Source of the DNA: an uncultured Christensenella sp.
Lineage (GTDB): Bacteria > Bacillota > Clostridia > Christensenellales > UBA1242
Assembly: GCA_964411325.1 (NCBI GenBank)
Contig: CAYPKM010000002.1
Coordinates: forward strand, 1 to 40,305
Direction of reading: 5' to 3'
DNA length: 40,305 nucleotides
The notes beneath the pieces are model-generated. The model had not been told where the DNA came from, made no database searches, and was given only the letters and a program-made list of their open reading frames with translations. Within the stretch, counting starts at the first letter, position 1, and each line of letters opens with the position of its first letter. Shown one piece after another: positions 17,750 to 25,511 of this stretch. A program made the translations under genes and the position numbers.

Positions 17750-19510
17750 TTACTTTATATTATTTTTGACAAACTCAACTATTTTGTCTACCGTTATCCC
17801 ACTTTCTTCTAGCAAAGTTTGGGGAACATATCTATCATAGAAATCTTTTTTCAAGCCATAATTTTTGACCTTGACATCTTGACAGCCACAAAAACTTGCA
17901 ACTTTGCTACCAAAGCCACCATCAAGTATGCCATCTTCCATAGTAATAATCAATTGATGAGTTTGACACAAATTATTCAACAATTCTTCGTCCACACCCG
18001 ATGCAAATCTCGGATTGATAAGCGTAGGAGAGAAATTTAATTCCTCTTCTATTTTTTTGCAAACTTTGTCTGCCAATTGAAAGAAATCTCCAAGCCCTAA
18101 TATTGCTACCTTTTCGCCCTCTTTTTCTACAACAAATTTATTAAGACACTCAAAATCCCCTTTGACATTTCTTGTATCTACCTCATTGCCCGGCAAAAGA
18201 ATAAGCACTGGATTTTCACGTTGAGAATTTGCCCATTCCAACATACCCAACAATTCCTCTTTGGCAGTTGGTGCCAAGACAACCAAATTTGGGATATTAG
18301 AAAATAACGAAATACCAAATATCCCTAGATGAGTAATATCCGTAAGCGAGGCAAAAGAGGAGTAATTAAGTAGTATTGTCACTGGACTATCATTAATGCA
18401 AACATCGTGAGATATCTGGTCATATGCTCTCTGCATAAATGTAGTATTGGTAACGACTAGTGGATTAAGCCCACCTTTGGCAAGCCCCGACGCCATAGCA
18501 ACTGCCTGCTCTTCGGCAATACCCACGTCAATGTATTTATTTCCTAAAACACGTCTATCCTCAATACTTAATGCCATACTGCTAGGCATATTAGGTGTAA
18601 CCACTACAAAAGACTCATCTTCTTTCGCCTTTTTCATAATGAAATCGTGAGCAATACTTCTATAAGTCTCGTTATCACCCAAAACCCTTTTGTTTCCCGT
18701 TTCTCTATCAAAAGGTGCAACGTAATGCCAACTCTCTCTACTTTCCTCGGCAAACTTGTAGCCCTTGCCCTTAATAGTATTAATATGCACAACTATAGGA
18801 TGGTCTATATCTTTGACCTTTTCCAAAACTCTAATCAAACTCTCTATATCGTTTCCATTATTTTCGTAAACATAGTCTAGTCCAAACGCCTTGAAAATAT
18901 TATTGGCAGAAGAGCCATTTGACTGTCTCAAATCTCTCAAACTCTTGTACAAACCACCGTGAGTTTCCGATATGGATTGTTGGTTGTCATTGATGAGAAT
19001 TATTAGATTGGAATTAATCTCACTACCAGCCACATTCAAAGCCTCTAACGCTTCGCCTCCAGACAAAGACCCATCACCAATAAGAGCAATCACATTGTGA
19101 TTCTCTCCTCTCTGGTCTCTCGCTTTTGCCATACCTGTAGCCAAAGACACAGATGTAGATGTATGTCCGATAGTAAACATATCGTGAGGACTCTCATTAG
19201 GATTGGAATAACCAGAGCCAAATGAAAATCTATTCTCATAAATATAACTATCACTTCTACCCGTCAACATTTTGTGAGGATATGTTTGGTGAGACACATC
19301 AAATATAAATTTGTCTATAGGAGAATTAAAGACATAGTGCATAGCAATCTCCAATTCTACCACACCAAAATTTGGGCCAAAATGTCCTCCCACTTTGGTA
19401 ATTCTATTAAATAATCCCTCTCTAATGTCTGACGCCAAAATCTTTAATTGCTCAAGGCTTAATTTTTTGACATCATCAGGACCTTTGATGTTTTTCAAAA
19501 TATCATACAT
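17750..19510 (-). CDS. dxs: 1-deoxy-D-xylulose-5-phosphate synthase family ThDP enzyme (short, 586 aa)
   Basis: DXS-type motifs GGHFGPNFGVVEL, VSHQTYPHKMLTGR and GHTSTSVSLATG, plus the ThDP-binding GDGSLSGGEALEALN. RBS GAGAGGAA present. Confidence 0.78.
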   Translation of the reverse strand: MYDILKNIKGPDDVKKLSLEQLKILASDIREGLFNRITKVGGHFGPNFGVVELEIAMHYVFNSPIDKFIFDVSHQTYPHKMLTGRSDSYIYENRFSFGSGYSNPNESPHDMFTIGHTSTSVSLATGMAKARDQRGENHNVIALIGDGSLSGGEALEALNVAGSEINSNLIILINDNQQSISETHGGLYKSLRDLRQSNGSSANNIFKAFGLDYVYENNGNDIESLIRVLEKVKDIDHPIVVHINTIKGKGYKFAEESRESWHYVAPFDRETGNKRVLGDNETYRSIAHDFIMKKAKEDESFVVVTPNMPSSMALSIEDRRVLGNKYIDVGIAEEQAVAMASGLAKGGLNPLVVTNTTFMQRAYDQISHDVCINDSPVTILLNYSSFASLTDITHLGIFGISLFSNIPNLVVLAPTAKEELLGMLEWANSQRENPVLILLPGNEVDTRNVKGDFECLNKFVVEKEGEKVAILGLGDFFQLADKVCKKIEEELNFSPTLINPRFASGVDEELLNNLCQTHQLIITMEDGILDGGFGSKVASFCGCQDVKVKNYGLKKDFYDRYVPQTLLEESGITVDKIVEFVKNNIK

Positions 19511-19545
19511 AAATTACAATTCCTCTCATCATTTGCTTTTTATAT

Positions 19546-19574
19546 ATTATATTTAAGAAAGGCTTTTAAGTCAA
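19546..19574 (-). promoter_or_regulatory. Sigma-A-type promoter of dxs (TTGACT-17 nt-TATAAT)
   Basis: Minus strand: TTGACT (19574-19569), exactly 17 nt, TATAAT (19551-19546). It lies about 35 nt upstream of the dxs ATG. Confidence 0.6.
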
Positions 19575-19588
19575 TCTTAATTGCAAAC

Positions 19589-19615
19589 AAAAAAAACAGA
19601 GGAACAAATCCTCTG
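19589..19615 (-). terminator. Rho-independent terminator of the gatCAB operon
   Basis: Minus strand CAGAGGA-TTTGT-TCCTCTG followed by T8. Confidence 0.75.
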
Positions 19616-19783
19616 CAAATATTTCTAATTGTCAAATCGCTTGACAACATTTAAGGGGAAGGCACAAAGAAAAATATATATTATTAGAGAAAACCAAAAT
19701 TAACAAGCAATACTTTTCTTTGTACACTTCATAATATTCTAATTATAAATATTTTGTGATATATGAAATGGAACTTACAAATT

Positions 19784-21214
19784 TCACTTCACATCTTCTC
19801 CCTCAATCAATTCTTGTATCAAGCATTTAAGTTTGTCGGCATCAGCCTTACCATTTGTATATCGCATTATTTGCCCTACACAAAAATTCAAAACTTTCTC
19901 TTTGCCTTTGAAATAATCTTCTTTCAAAAAAGCATTTCTCTCCAAAAATTCACAAACAAAAGTCTTAACGTCATCCTCGTCTGCAGAGCCTGTAACCCCC
20001 ATCTCTGCGATTAACTTTTTGGCACTTTTGCCAGTGTTTATGATTTCTGCTATAATGTTTTTGGCATTATATCTAGACAATTTGCCACTTTCTGTCATTT
20101 GGATTACATAAGCAAATTCACCAAGAGGCAATAAATTTAGCAATATTTCCAAGTCGTATTCTTTCAGATACTTAAGGTAGTCAGCAAACATCCAATTGAT
20201 GACCTCTCTAGGATTTTGAACAATATTATTGATTGTATCAAATACGTTTAGCAGACTTTTGTTGGCAAGAGTTTCTACTTCATCATCGGTTAGTCCCAGC
20301 CTTTTGTATTTGTCAAAAACATCGGTTATACTCTGAGGAAGTCTCTTAGAAATTCTCTGGATATCGCTAGGAGTAATTTCGATAGGCATAATGGAAGGGT
20401 CGGCAAAATATCTATAGTCATTTTCGCTCTCTTTGACTCTTAACAAAAAGGTTTCATTTGTATCATCATTCCAGCCCCTCGTTTCGCTTTTGACCTCTTC
20501 TCCATTTTCAAGCAAACTTAGTTGTCTTTGCTTTTCATATTCGATTACTTGAGCAATTGACTTGAGCGAACAAATATTTTTTAGTTCCACTCTAGTGCCC
20601 AATTTCTCGTCGTCACTTTTTCTAATAGAGATATTGACATCTATTCTAAATCCACCTTCTTCTATCTTGCAATTAGCCACTCCTATATGCACCAAGGTTT
20701 GCCTAAGTGTTGTCAAGAATTCAGTAACCTCTTCGCCATTATCAAAGTCTGGCTCTGTTACCATTTCAAGCAAGGGAATACCGCTTCTATTGAAATCTAC
20801 AAAGGTACAATTAGCCTCGTCGTTATGAATTAATTTGCCAGCGTCTTCTTCCATATGTATTCTATTAAATCTGATAAACTTGCCTGTTGAGAGTAAGATT
20901 CCACCACCAGTGCATATTGGATGTGCTAATTGGCATATTTGATAAGATTTGGCAAGGTCTGGATAAAAATAATTTTTTCGCTCAAATATTATTTGATTAT
21001 TAATATTACAGCCAAATGCTAGTCCTGCCATTATGGTTTGCTCTATAGCCTTTCTATTAACCATAGGTAGAGCACCGGGCATACCCAAACAAACAGGGCA
21101 CACTTGTGTATTTGGAAGACCTCCAAATTCTGTGCTACAACTACAAAAAGCCTTGCTATTTGTCTTTAATTCCGCGTGTATTTCAAGTCCAATTGTTGTT
21201 AAATATTCTGACAT
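19784..21214 (-). CDS. gatB: Asp-tRNA(Asn)/Glu-tRNA(Gln) amidotransferase subunit B
   Basis: 476 aa. Starts TIGLEIHAELKTNSKAFCSC...CPVCLGMPGALP. C-terminal YqeY-like tail. GAGGTG RBS lies inside the gatA 3' end (16-nt overlap). Confidence 0.95.
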   Translation of the reverse strand: MSEYLTTIGLEIHAELKTNSKAFCSCSTEFGGLPNTQVCPVCLGMPGALPMVNRKAIEQTIMAGLAFGCNINNQIIFERKNYFYPDLAKSYQICQLAHPICTGGGILLSTGKFIRFNRIHMEEDAGKLIHNDEANCTFVDFNRSGIPLLEMVTEPDFDNGEEVTEFLTTLRQTLVHIGVANCKIEEGGFRIDVNISIRKSDDEKLGTRVELKNICSLKSIAQVIEYEKQRQLSLLENGEEVKSETRGWNDDTNETFLLRVKESENDYRYFADPSIMPIEITPSDIQRISKRLPQSITDVFDKYKRLGLTDDEVETLANKSLLNVFDTINNIVQNPREVINWMFADYLKYLKEYDLEILLNLLPLGEFAYVIQMTESGKLSRYNAKNIIAEIINTGKSAKKLIAEMGVTGSADEDDVKTFVCEFLERNAFLKEDYFKGKEKVLNFCVGQIMRYTNGKADADKLKCLIQELIEGEDVK

Positions 21215-22647
21215 AATCCACCTCTATTTCTCAAAATGAAATCTGCAAAATTAAACACTTCTTTTTCATTAAAATGAGAAGCAAGTATTTGCATTCCTAT
21301 TGGCAAATTATTTTCGCCCAAGCCTATTGGAATACTCATAGATGGCACGCCTACAATATTGGCTGTAACGGTAAACATATCTTCTATGTACATACTTACT
21401 GGGTCGCCAGTCTTGGAGCCAATTTTGAATGCTTCGCCATATGTCGTTGGCATAAAGATTACATCACAATCCTTGAAAATTGTAATGAATGATTTTTTGA
21501 TTGTGCTAGCAACCGACTTGGCTTTAAGATAATAATCTGAATATCTTTCGCTAGACAAAACAAAGTTGCCCAAAATAATTCTCCTTTTGACTTCACTGCC
21601 TAGCAAACTGGAACGAGTGCTTTTGTACAAATTATCAATATTTGATGCTTGTCCCATACTGCCCGTATATTTAATTCCATCAAATCTACCCATATTGGAG
21701 GATGCTTCGGCAAAGCCAATTGTGTAATATGCTGGCAAAACTTTTTCGTAATTGCTCACATTCTTGTGCACAATTATAGCACCGTTTTGTTTGCAAAATT
21801 CCATCACTTGTTTGTACATATCTTTGTATGGAGTTTTGTCTATAAGTTCTTGTACTTCGTCAATAACACCTATTCTTTTGCCAGCAATGCTATTTTTCAA
21901 ATAAGATAAATAATTATCAACAGGCTCCCTTGAGGAAGTCATATCTTTCTCATCTCTGCCAGCCACAATTTCCAAAATGTACGCACTGTCTCTAGGCGTT
22001 TTTGTAAACAACCCGACAGTATCCAAAGAATCGGCAAAAGCACACAACCCATATCTACTTATTCTGCCATAAGTAACTTTCAAACCACAAATTCCATTGT
22101 ATGATGCTGGCTGTCTAATGCTTCCACCCGTATCACTACCCAAAGCAAAAGCACACATATCCAAAGCCACTGCCACCGCACTGCCTCCACTACTGCCACC
22201 AGAAACACGGGTATCGTCATATGCATTTTTGCACGCACCAAATGCCGAATTTTCACAACTGCCACCCATAGCAAATTCATCCATATTGGTTCTCCCCAAT
22301 ATTACAACACCAGCCTCAAGAAGCCTATCTATAATAGTGGCATTATATGTTGCTCGAAAGCCCTCTAGCATTTTGGAGCCATTGGATGCAATTTTCCCTT
22401 TGAACAGTATATTGTCTTTGATAAGAATTGGCACGCCAATAAGAGGAGGCAACTCTCCCCCTTCGGCTATAATTCTATCGCATTCATCTGCTCTATCTAG
22501 ACAATCATAAAAGACTTCCAAAACAGCATTCTTGTCTTTGTATTTCTCTATTTGTGTCAAATAATATTCGACGAGTTTCCTTGATGTCAATTCGCCATTT
22601 TTCAATTTTTCTACAATTTGCAATGTATTTAAATTTTCCAATTCCAT
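21199..22647 (-). CDS. gatA: Glu-tRNA(Gln) amidotransferase subunit A (amidase signature enzyme)
   Basis: 482 aa. Amidase signature GGSSGGSAVAVA...GSDTGGSIRQPA. The start overlaps the gatC stop (TAATG). Confidence 0.95.
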   Translation of the reverse strand: MELENLNTLQIVEKLKNGELTSRKLVEYYLTQIEKYKDKNAVLEVFYDCLDRADECDRIIAEGGELPPLIGVPILIKDNILFKGKIASNGSKMLEGFRATYNATIIDRLLEAGVVILGRTNMDEFAMGGSCENSAFGACKNAYDDTRVSGGSSGGSAVAVALDMCAFALGSDTGGSIRQPASYNGICGLKVTYGRISRYGLCAFADSLDTVGLFTKTPRDSAYILEIVAGRDEKDMTSSREPVDNYLSYLKNSIAGKRIGVIDEVQELIDKTPYKDMYKQVMEFCKQNGAIIVHKNVSNYEKVLPAYYTIGFAEASSNMGRFDGIKYTGSMGQASNIDNLYKSTRSSLLGSEVKRRIILGNFVLSSERYSDYYLKAKSVASTIKKSFITIFKDCDVIFMPTTYGEAFKIGSKTGDPVSMYIEDMFTVTANIVGVPSMSIPIGLGENNLPIGMQILASHFNEKEVFNFADFILRNRGGLCQNI

Positions 22648-22949
22648 TAGTCCACCACCTTGGGAACAACGAAATATCCATTGCTAGAATTAGGTGCATT
22701 CAAGAAGACATCTTCCCTTTTCATACTCTCACAAACTTTGTCTTCTCTAAGCCCCGTCAATTTTTCACTCAAAACAAACGCCTTGTCTTCTTTGACATCG
22801 GCAAGTTTGCCAAGCATATCGGTAATTGATTGTACTTCGCCCAGCAAAATCTCTTTATGTTCTTCGTCAAATTCCAGATAGGACAATTGACACAACTTTT
22901 CTATATCGCAGGTTTTAATCTCCGTCTTCATATGTTTTCCCTTTTTCAT
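22647..22949 (-). CDS. gatC: Glu-tRNA(Gln) amidotransferase subunit C
   Basis: Small protein ahead of gatA with typical GatC sequence (IEKLCQLSYLEFDEEHKEIL...ITDMLGKL). The true start may be the internal ATG at 22931 (MKTEIKT), which has a weak AGGGA upstream. Confidence 0.85.
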   Translation of the reverse strand: MKKGKHMKTEIKTCDIEKLCQLSYLEFDEEHKEILLGEVQSITDMLGKLADVKEDKAFVLSEKLTGLREDKVCESMKREDVFLNAPNSSNGYFVVPKVVD

Positions 22950-23008
22950 TTTTTAAGAGTAATTACTAATTGTATTTCAAAAAAGCAATTACCCTCATCT
23001 ACATAGCC

Positions 23009-23037
23009 ATTATATCATTTTTTAAAGAAAAGGCTAA
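23009..23037 (-). promoter_or_regulatory. Extended -10 promoter upstream of gatCAB (TGATATAAT; weak -35 TTAGCC)
   Basis: Minus strand: TATAAT at 23014-23009 preceded by TGA; the hexamer 17 nt upstream is TTAGCC. Confidence 0.4.
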
Positions 23038-23087
23038 TTAAAATTGACACATTTTTGTTTTATACTTTCAAAAGACGGACATAGACT

Positions 23088-23312
23088 TTATATATTAAAA
23101 ATATTATTGCCACCACAATTACTACACGAATTGCAATTATTTGGATAACAAGACCCTGTACTGCACAAATTCTCCATCGTTCTGCTATTATTCAAAACCA
23201 ACAAAAGAAGCAATAAGAAATTGGTATTGCTAGCATAATCCACTTCTCCATTCTCATCAGTTGGCGATGACAAAATTGATAACAACAAAATTAATAAGAC
23301 ATCATTACTCAT
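23088..23312 (-). CDS. Small hydrophobic, Cys/Asn-rich protein (74 aa), function unknown
   Basis: GGGGGAAGGA RBS lies about 5 nt before the ATG. Two Leu-rich hydrophobic stretches (LLILLLSIL, FLLLLLLVL) are followed by CSTGSCYPNNCNSCSNCGG. It is divergent from the ArsR/SmtB regulator gene. Confidence 0.5.
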   Translation of the reverse strand: MSNDVLLILLLSILSSPTDENGEVDYASNTNFLLLLLLVLNNSRTMENLCSTGSCYPNNCNSCSNCGGNNIFNI

Positions 23313-23430
23313 AATTTCCTTCCCCCAAAAAATCTCTTTTTTAGTTAATATGCTACAAAAAAATATTTTGTTAATATTTTCTCCTTTTAAATTTTATTGT
23401 TAAAATAAAAGTAGCAAAAAGGAGAGTAGA

Positions 23431-23784
23431 ATGAAATCAACAATGTATATGGAAAATAATGTATCAAGTATTATAAAAGACAATATGCCGTCTGACCAAG
23501 TTGTTTCTAATTTGTCTTACTTTTATAGTATCTTTTCGGATAGTACTAGGCTTAAAATATTGATATCTCTTTTGCTTGGAGAGATGTGTGTAAACGATTT
23601 GTCAAAAGCCTTGAATATCAATCAAACAACAATTAGTCATCAATTAAAAATTCTCAAGACGAGTGGGGCTGTAATATCTACTAGAAAAAATAAATTTGTC
23701 TTTTACAAAGCAACAAACAAATTTGTAAATAATATTATGATTAATGGTGTAGACTTTTATTTGCACCACAAAAAAAGTGTATAA
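23431..23784 (+). CDS. ArsR/SmtB family metalloregulatory transcriptional repressor
   Basis: 117 aa. FSDSTRLKILISLLLGEMCVNDLSKALNINQTTISHQLKILKTSGAV is the ArsR winged-helix core, with an ELCVCDL-like GEMCVNDL element. GGAG RBS present. Confidence 0.85.
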   Translation: MKSTMYMENNVSSIIKDNMPSDQVVSNLSYFYSIFSDSTRLKILISLLLGEMCVNDLSKALNINQTTISHQLKILKTSGAVISTRKNKFVFYKATNKFVNNIMINGVDFYLHHKKSV

Positions 23785-23806
23785 AATTTATACACTTTTT
23801 CCTTTT
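23772..23806 (+). terminator. Rho-independent terminator of the arsR-like gene
   Basis: GTGTATA-AAATT-TATACAC hairpin with flanking A/T extension, followed by TTTTTCCTTTTT. It overlaps the stop codon. Confidence 0.6.
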
Positions 23807-23997
23807 TATTGTCACAAAAAATATATTTTTGGTTATCATTTTTGTCGCATTGTTACGCTCGCAAAAAGATTTTTTGCAATCTTGCAAAATTCTATTTTGT
23901 CGGAAATAAACATATGCTTTTTCAAATTTTCAGTTGTTTATATACTAGCAATATCAACTCACAAATTGCCACTAGAAACACCCGTCACTTCGGTATC

Positions 23998-24396
23998 TCA
24001 AAATAGCAATCGCATCGTTTTTAGATATTCAATATTATTAGAAGTAGTCTTTTCTTTCGCCACAACTTTTGGCAAATTAACATCTTGTTCTCCACATACA
24101 AAAGGCTCATAGCCAAATTTAATCATCAAGTTGCGATTGTGTGTGTAACAAATTATATTCATAAGCAAAAATAGAACTGCACAAAGAGATGGGGAGTGCA
24201 CCAAAAACTTGAATGGCAACAACCCACGATAAAGCACCACTTCTACACTTTCGTCCAAAGGAATTTTATCCAAAAATCCTTTGAGCATAAATATAGCATC
24301 TCTACTAAAGAAGAAAACAAAAACAAACCCTAATGCAAATGCTTGCAATAGAAGTATGGTTAATGTATTTACTTTCTTTTTTTGAAATATTTTCAT
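23998..24396 (-). CDS. Hypothetical small membrane protein (about 132 aa, 2 predicted TM segments)
   Basis: ORF with hydrophobic segments TLTILLLQAFALGFVFVFFF and SLCAVLFLLMNIICY. The start is set at ATG 24396 (MKIFQKKK). The RBS is weak and I recognise no family. Confidence 0.45.
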   Translation of the reverse strand: MKIFQKKKVNTLTILLLQAFALGFVFVFFFSRDAIFMLKGFLDKIPLDESVEVVLYRGLLPFKFLVHSPSLCAVLFLLMNIICYTHNRNLMIKFGYEPFVCGEQDVNLPKVVAKEKTTSNNIEYLKTMRLLF

Positions 24397-24433
24397 ATTT
24401 GCTCGAACACTTTTAGTATACACTTAATTATAT

Positions 24434-24476
24434 AAAAAAAGAAATATCAAAGTCAAATAAAACTTTAAATATTTCT
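24434..24476 (-). terminator. Rho-independent terminator after trpS
   Basis: AGAAATAT/ATATTTCT outer stem with inner AAAGT/ACTTT pairing, followed on the minus strand by T7. Confidence 0.55.
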
Positions 24477-24486
24477 CTAAGTTAAC

Positions 24487-25485
24487 CTAATTTTTAGTCT
24501 TAACAAGCCCTAATTTTTCATAAACTCTATTCAAGACTTCTTTTGCTTTGCTTTCTGCTTTTCTTCTACCCTTCTCCAAAACTTCATCCAAAAACGATTT
24601 GTCTTTCAAATAATTAAAGTATTTCTCTTGGATAGGCGATAGTGTTTGGATGACAGTTTCTGCCACCTCACTCTTTAGCACTCCATAATTCTTGCCATCA
24701 AAATGACTTTCAGCTTCTACAATTGAAATATTTTTGAGACAAGCATATATTGACAAAAGATTGCTCACACCCGGCTTATTCTCAACATCGTATTTAATTA
24801 CATTTTCGCTATCGGTCACAGCCTTTTTGATTTTCTTGGTAATCTCCTCAGAACTATCTTCTATAAATATAGTACCGGTATCGCCATTTTCAGATTTACT
24901 CATCTTCTTGGTTGGATTATTAAGTCCACAAATCTTATAGCCCTCTTTTCGCAAATGCACATCTGGAATTTTGAAAGTCTCACCCATTTTGTGATTGAAT
25001 CTAACAGCAATGTTTCTACACAATTCCACGTGTTGTTTTTGGTCATATCCAACTGGCACAATATCGGTATCGTACAACAAAATGTCGCCTGCCATAAGAA
25101 TTGGATAATTAAGTATTCCCATATTAGTCTCTTTTGATTTGGCTTGATAATCTTTGAATTGAGTCATCCTTGTAGCCTCACCCAACATTGTAAAGTTGGA
25201 AAGTACCCAATTCAACTGGGAATGTTCATTTACTTGGCTTTGAAGATACAAAGTACATTTGTCGGGATCAATACCCAATGACAAATACAGAGCAAGCAAT
25301 TTGTAGGTATTCTCTCTCAAAGCACTTGGCTCAGGATTAATTGTAAGAGCGTGCAAATCTGCAATGCAAATATATGCGTTATATTCTTCTGTCATCTTTT
25401 TTAATGATTGAGCAACACCTATAAATCCACCTAGTGTCAAAATTCCCGTTGGTTTAATTGCTGTATAAATAGTTTTCTTTTCCAT
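24487..25485 (-). CDS. trpS: Tryptophanyl-tRNA synthetase
   Basis: 332 aa. Class I signature region IKPTGILTLGGFIG (TIGN-type HIGH variant), ICIADLHALT, and KMSKS. GAGGAA RBS present. Confidence 0.9.
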   Translation of the reverse strand: MEKKTIYTAIKPTGILTLGGFIGVAQSLKKMTEEYNAYICIADLHALTINPEPSALRENTYKLLALYLSLGIDPDKCTLYLQSQVNEHSQLNWVLSNFTMLGEATRMTQFKDYQAKSKETNMGILNYPILMAGDILLYDTDIVPVGYDQKQHVELCRNIAVRFNHKMGETFKIPDVHLRKEGYKICGLNNPTKKMSKSENGDTGTIFIEDSSEEITKKIKKAVTDSENVIKYDVENKPGVSNLLSIYACLKNISIVEAESHFDGKNYGVLKSEVAETVIQTLSPIQEKYFNYLKDKSFLDEVLEKGRRKAESKAKEVLNRVYEKLGLVKTKN

Positions 25486-25511
25486 ACTTATTCCTCTATT
25501 TTTTTGCGAGT

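Noticed and set aside
22080-22510. ORFs 22097..22510 (+) and 22080..22280 (-) inside gatA
   Set aside because: They overlap the amidase-signature region of gatA in other frames or the other strand. The G/S/A-rich gatA codons keep alternative frames open there. No independent signals.
23044-23066. Perfect TTGACA followed by TATACT on the plus strand
   Set aside because: The spacer is only 11 nt, and there is no plus-strand gene downstream. It is not a functional promoter geometry.
23088-23312. Cys-rich small ORF as a SCIFF/ranthipeptide or other RiPP precursor
   Set aside because: No radical-SAM, lanthionine synthetase, cyclodehydratase, protease or ABC exporter gene is adjacent; the neighbours are gatC and an ArsR regulator. 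The peptide also has five rather than six Cys and long hydrophobic segments. It is kept as a metal-related or spore-related candidate instead.
23777-24112. Plus-strand ORFs 23777..24112 and 23809..24006 in and beyond the arsR terminator
   Set aside because: They begin inside or just after the arsR terminator hairpin, lack an RBS, and run antisense into the membrane protein gene. Not credible as genes.
25486-25511. T-box riboswitch expected upstream of trpS
   Set aside because: Only 26 nt separate the prfA stop from the trpS start, which leaves no room for a >200-nt T-box leader.
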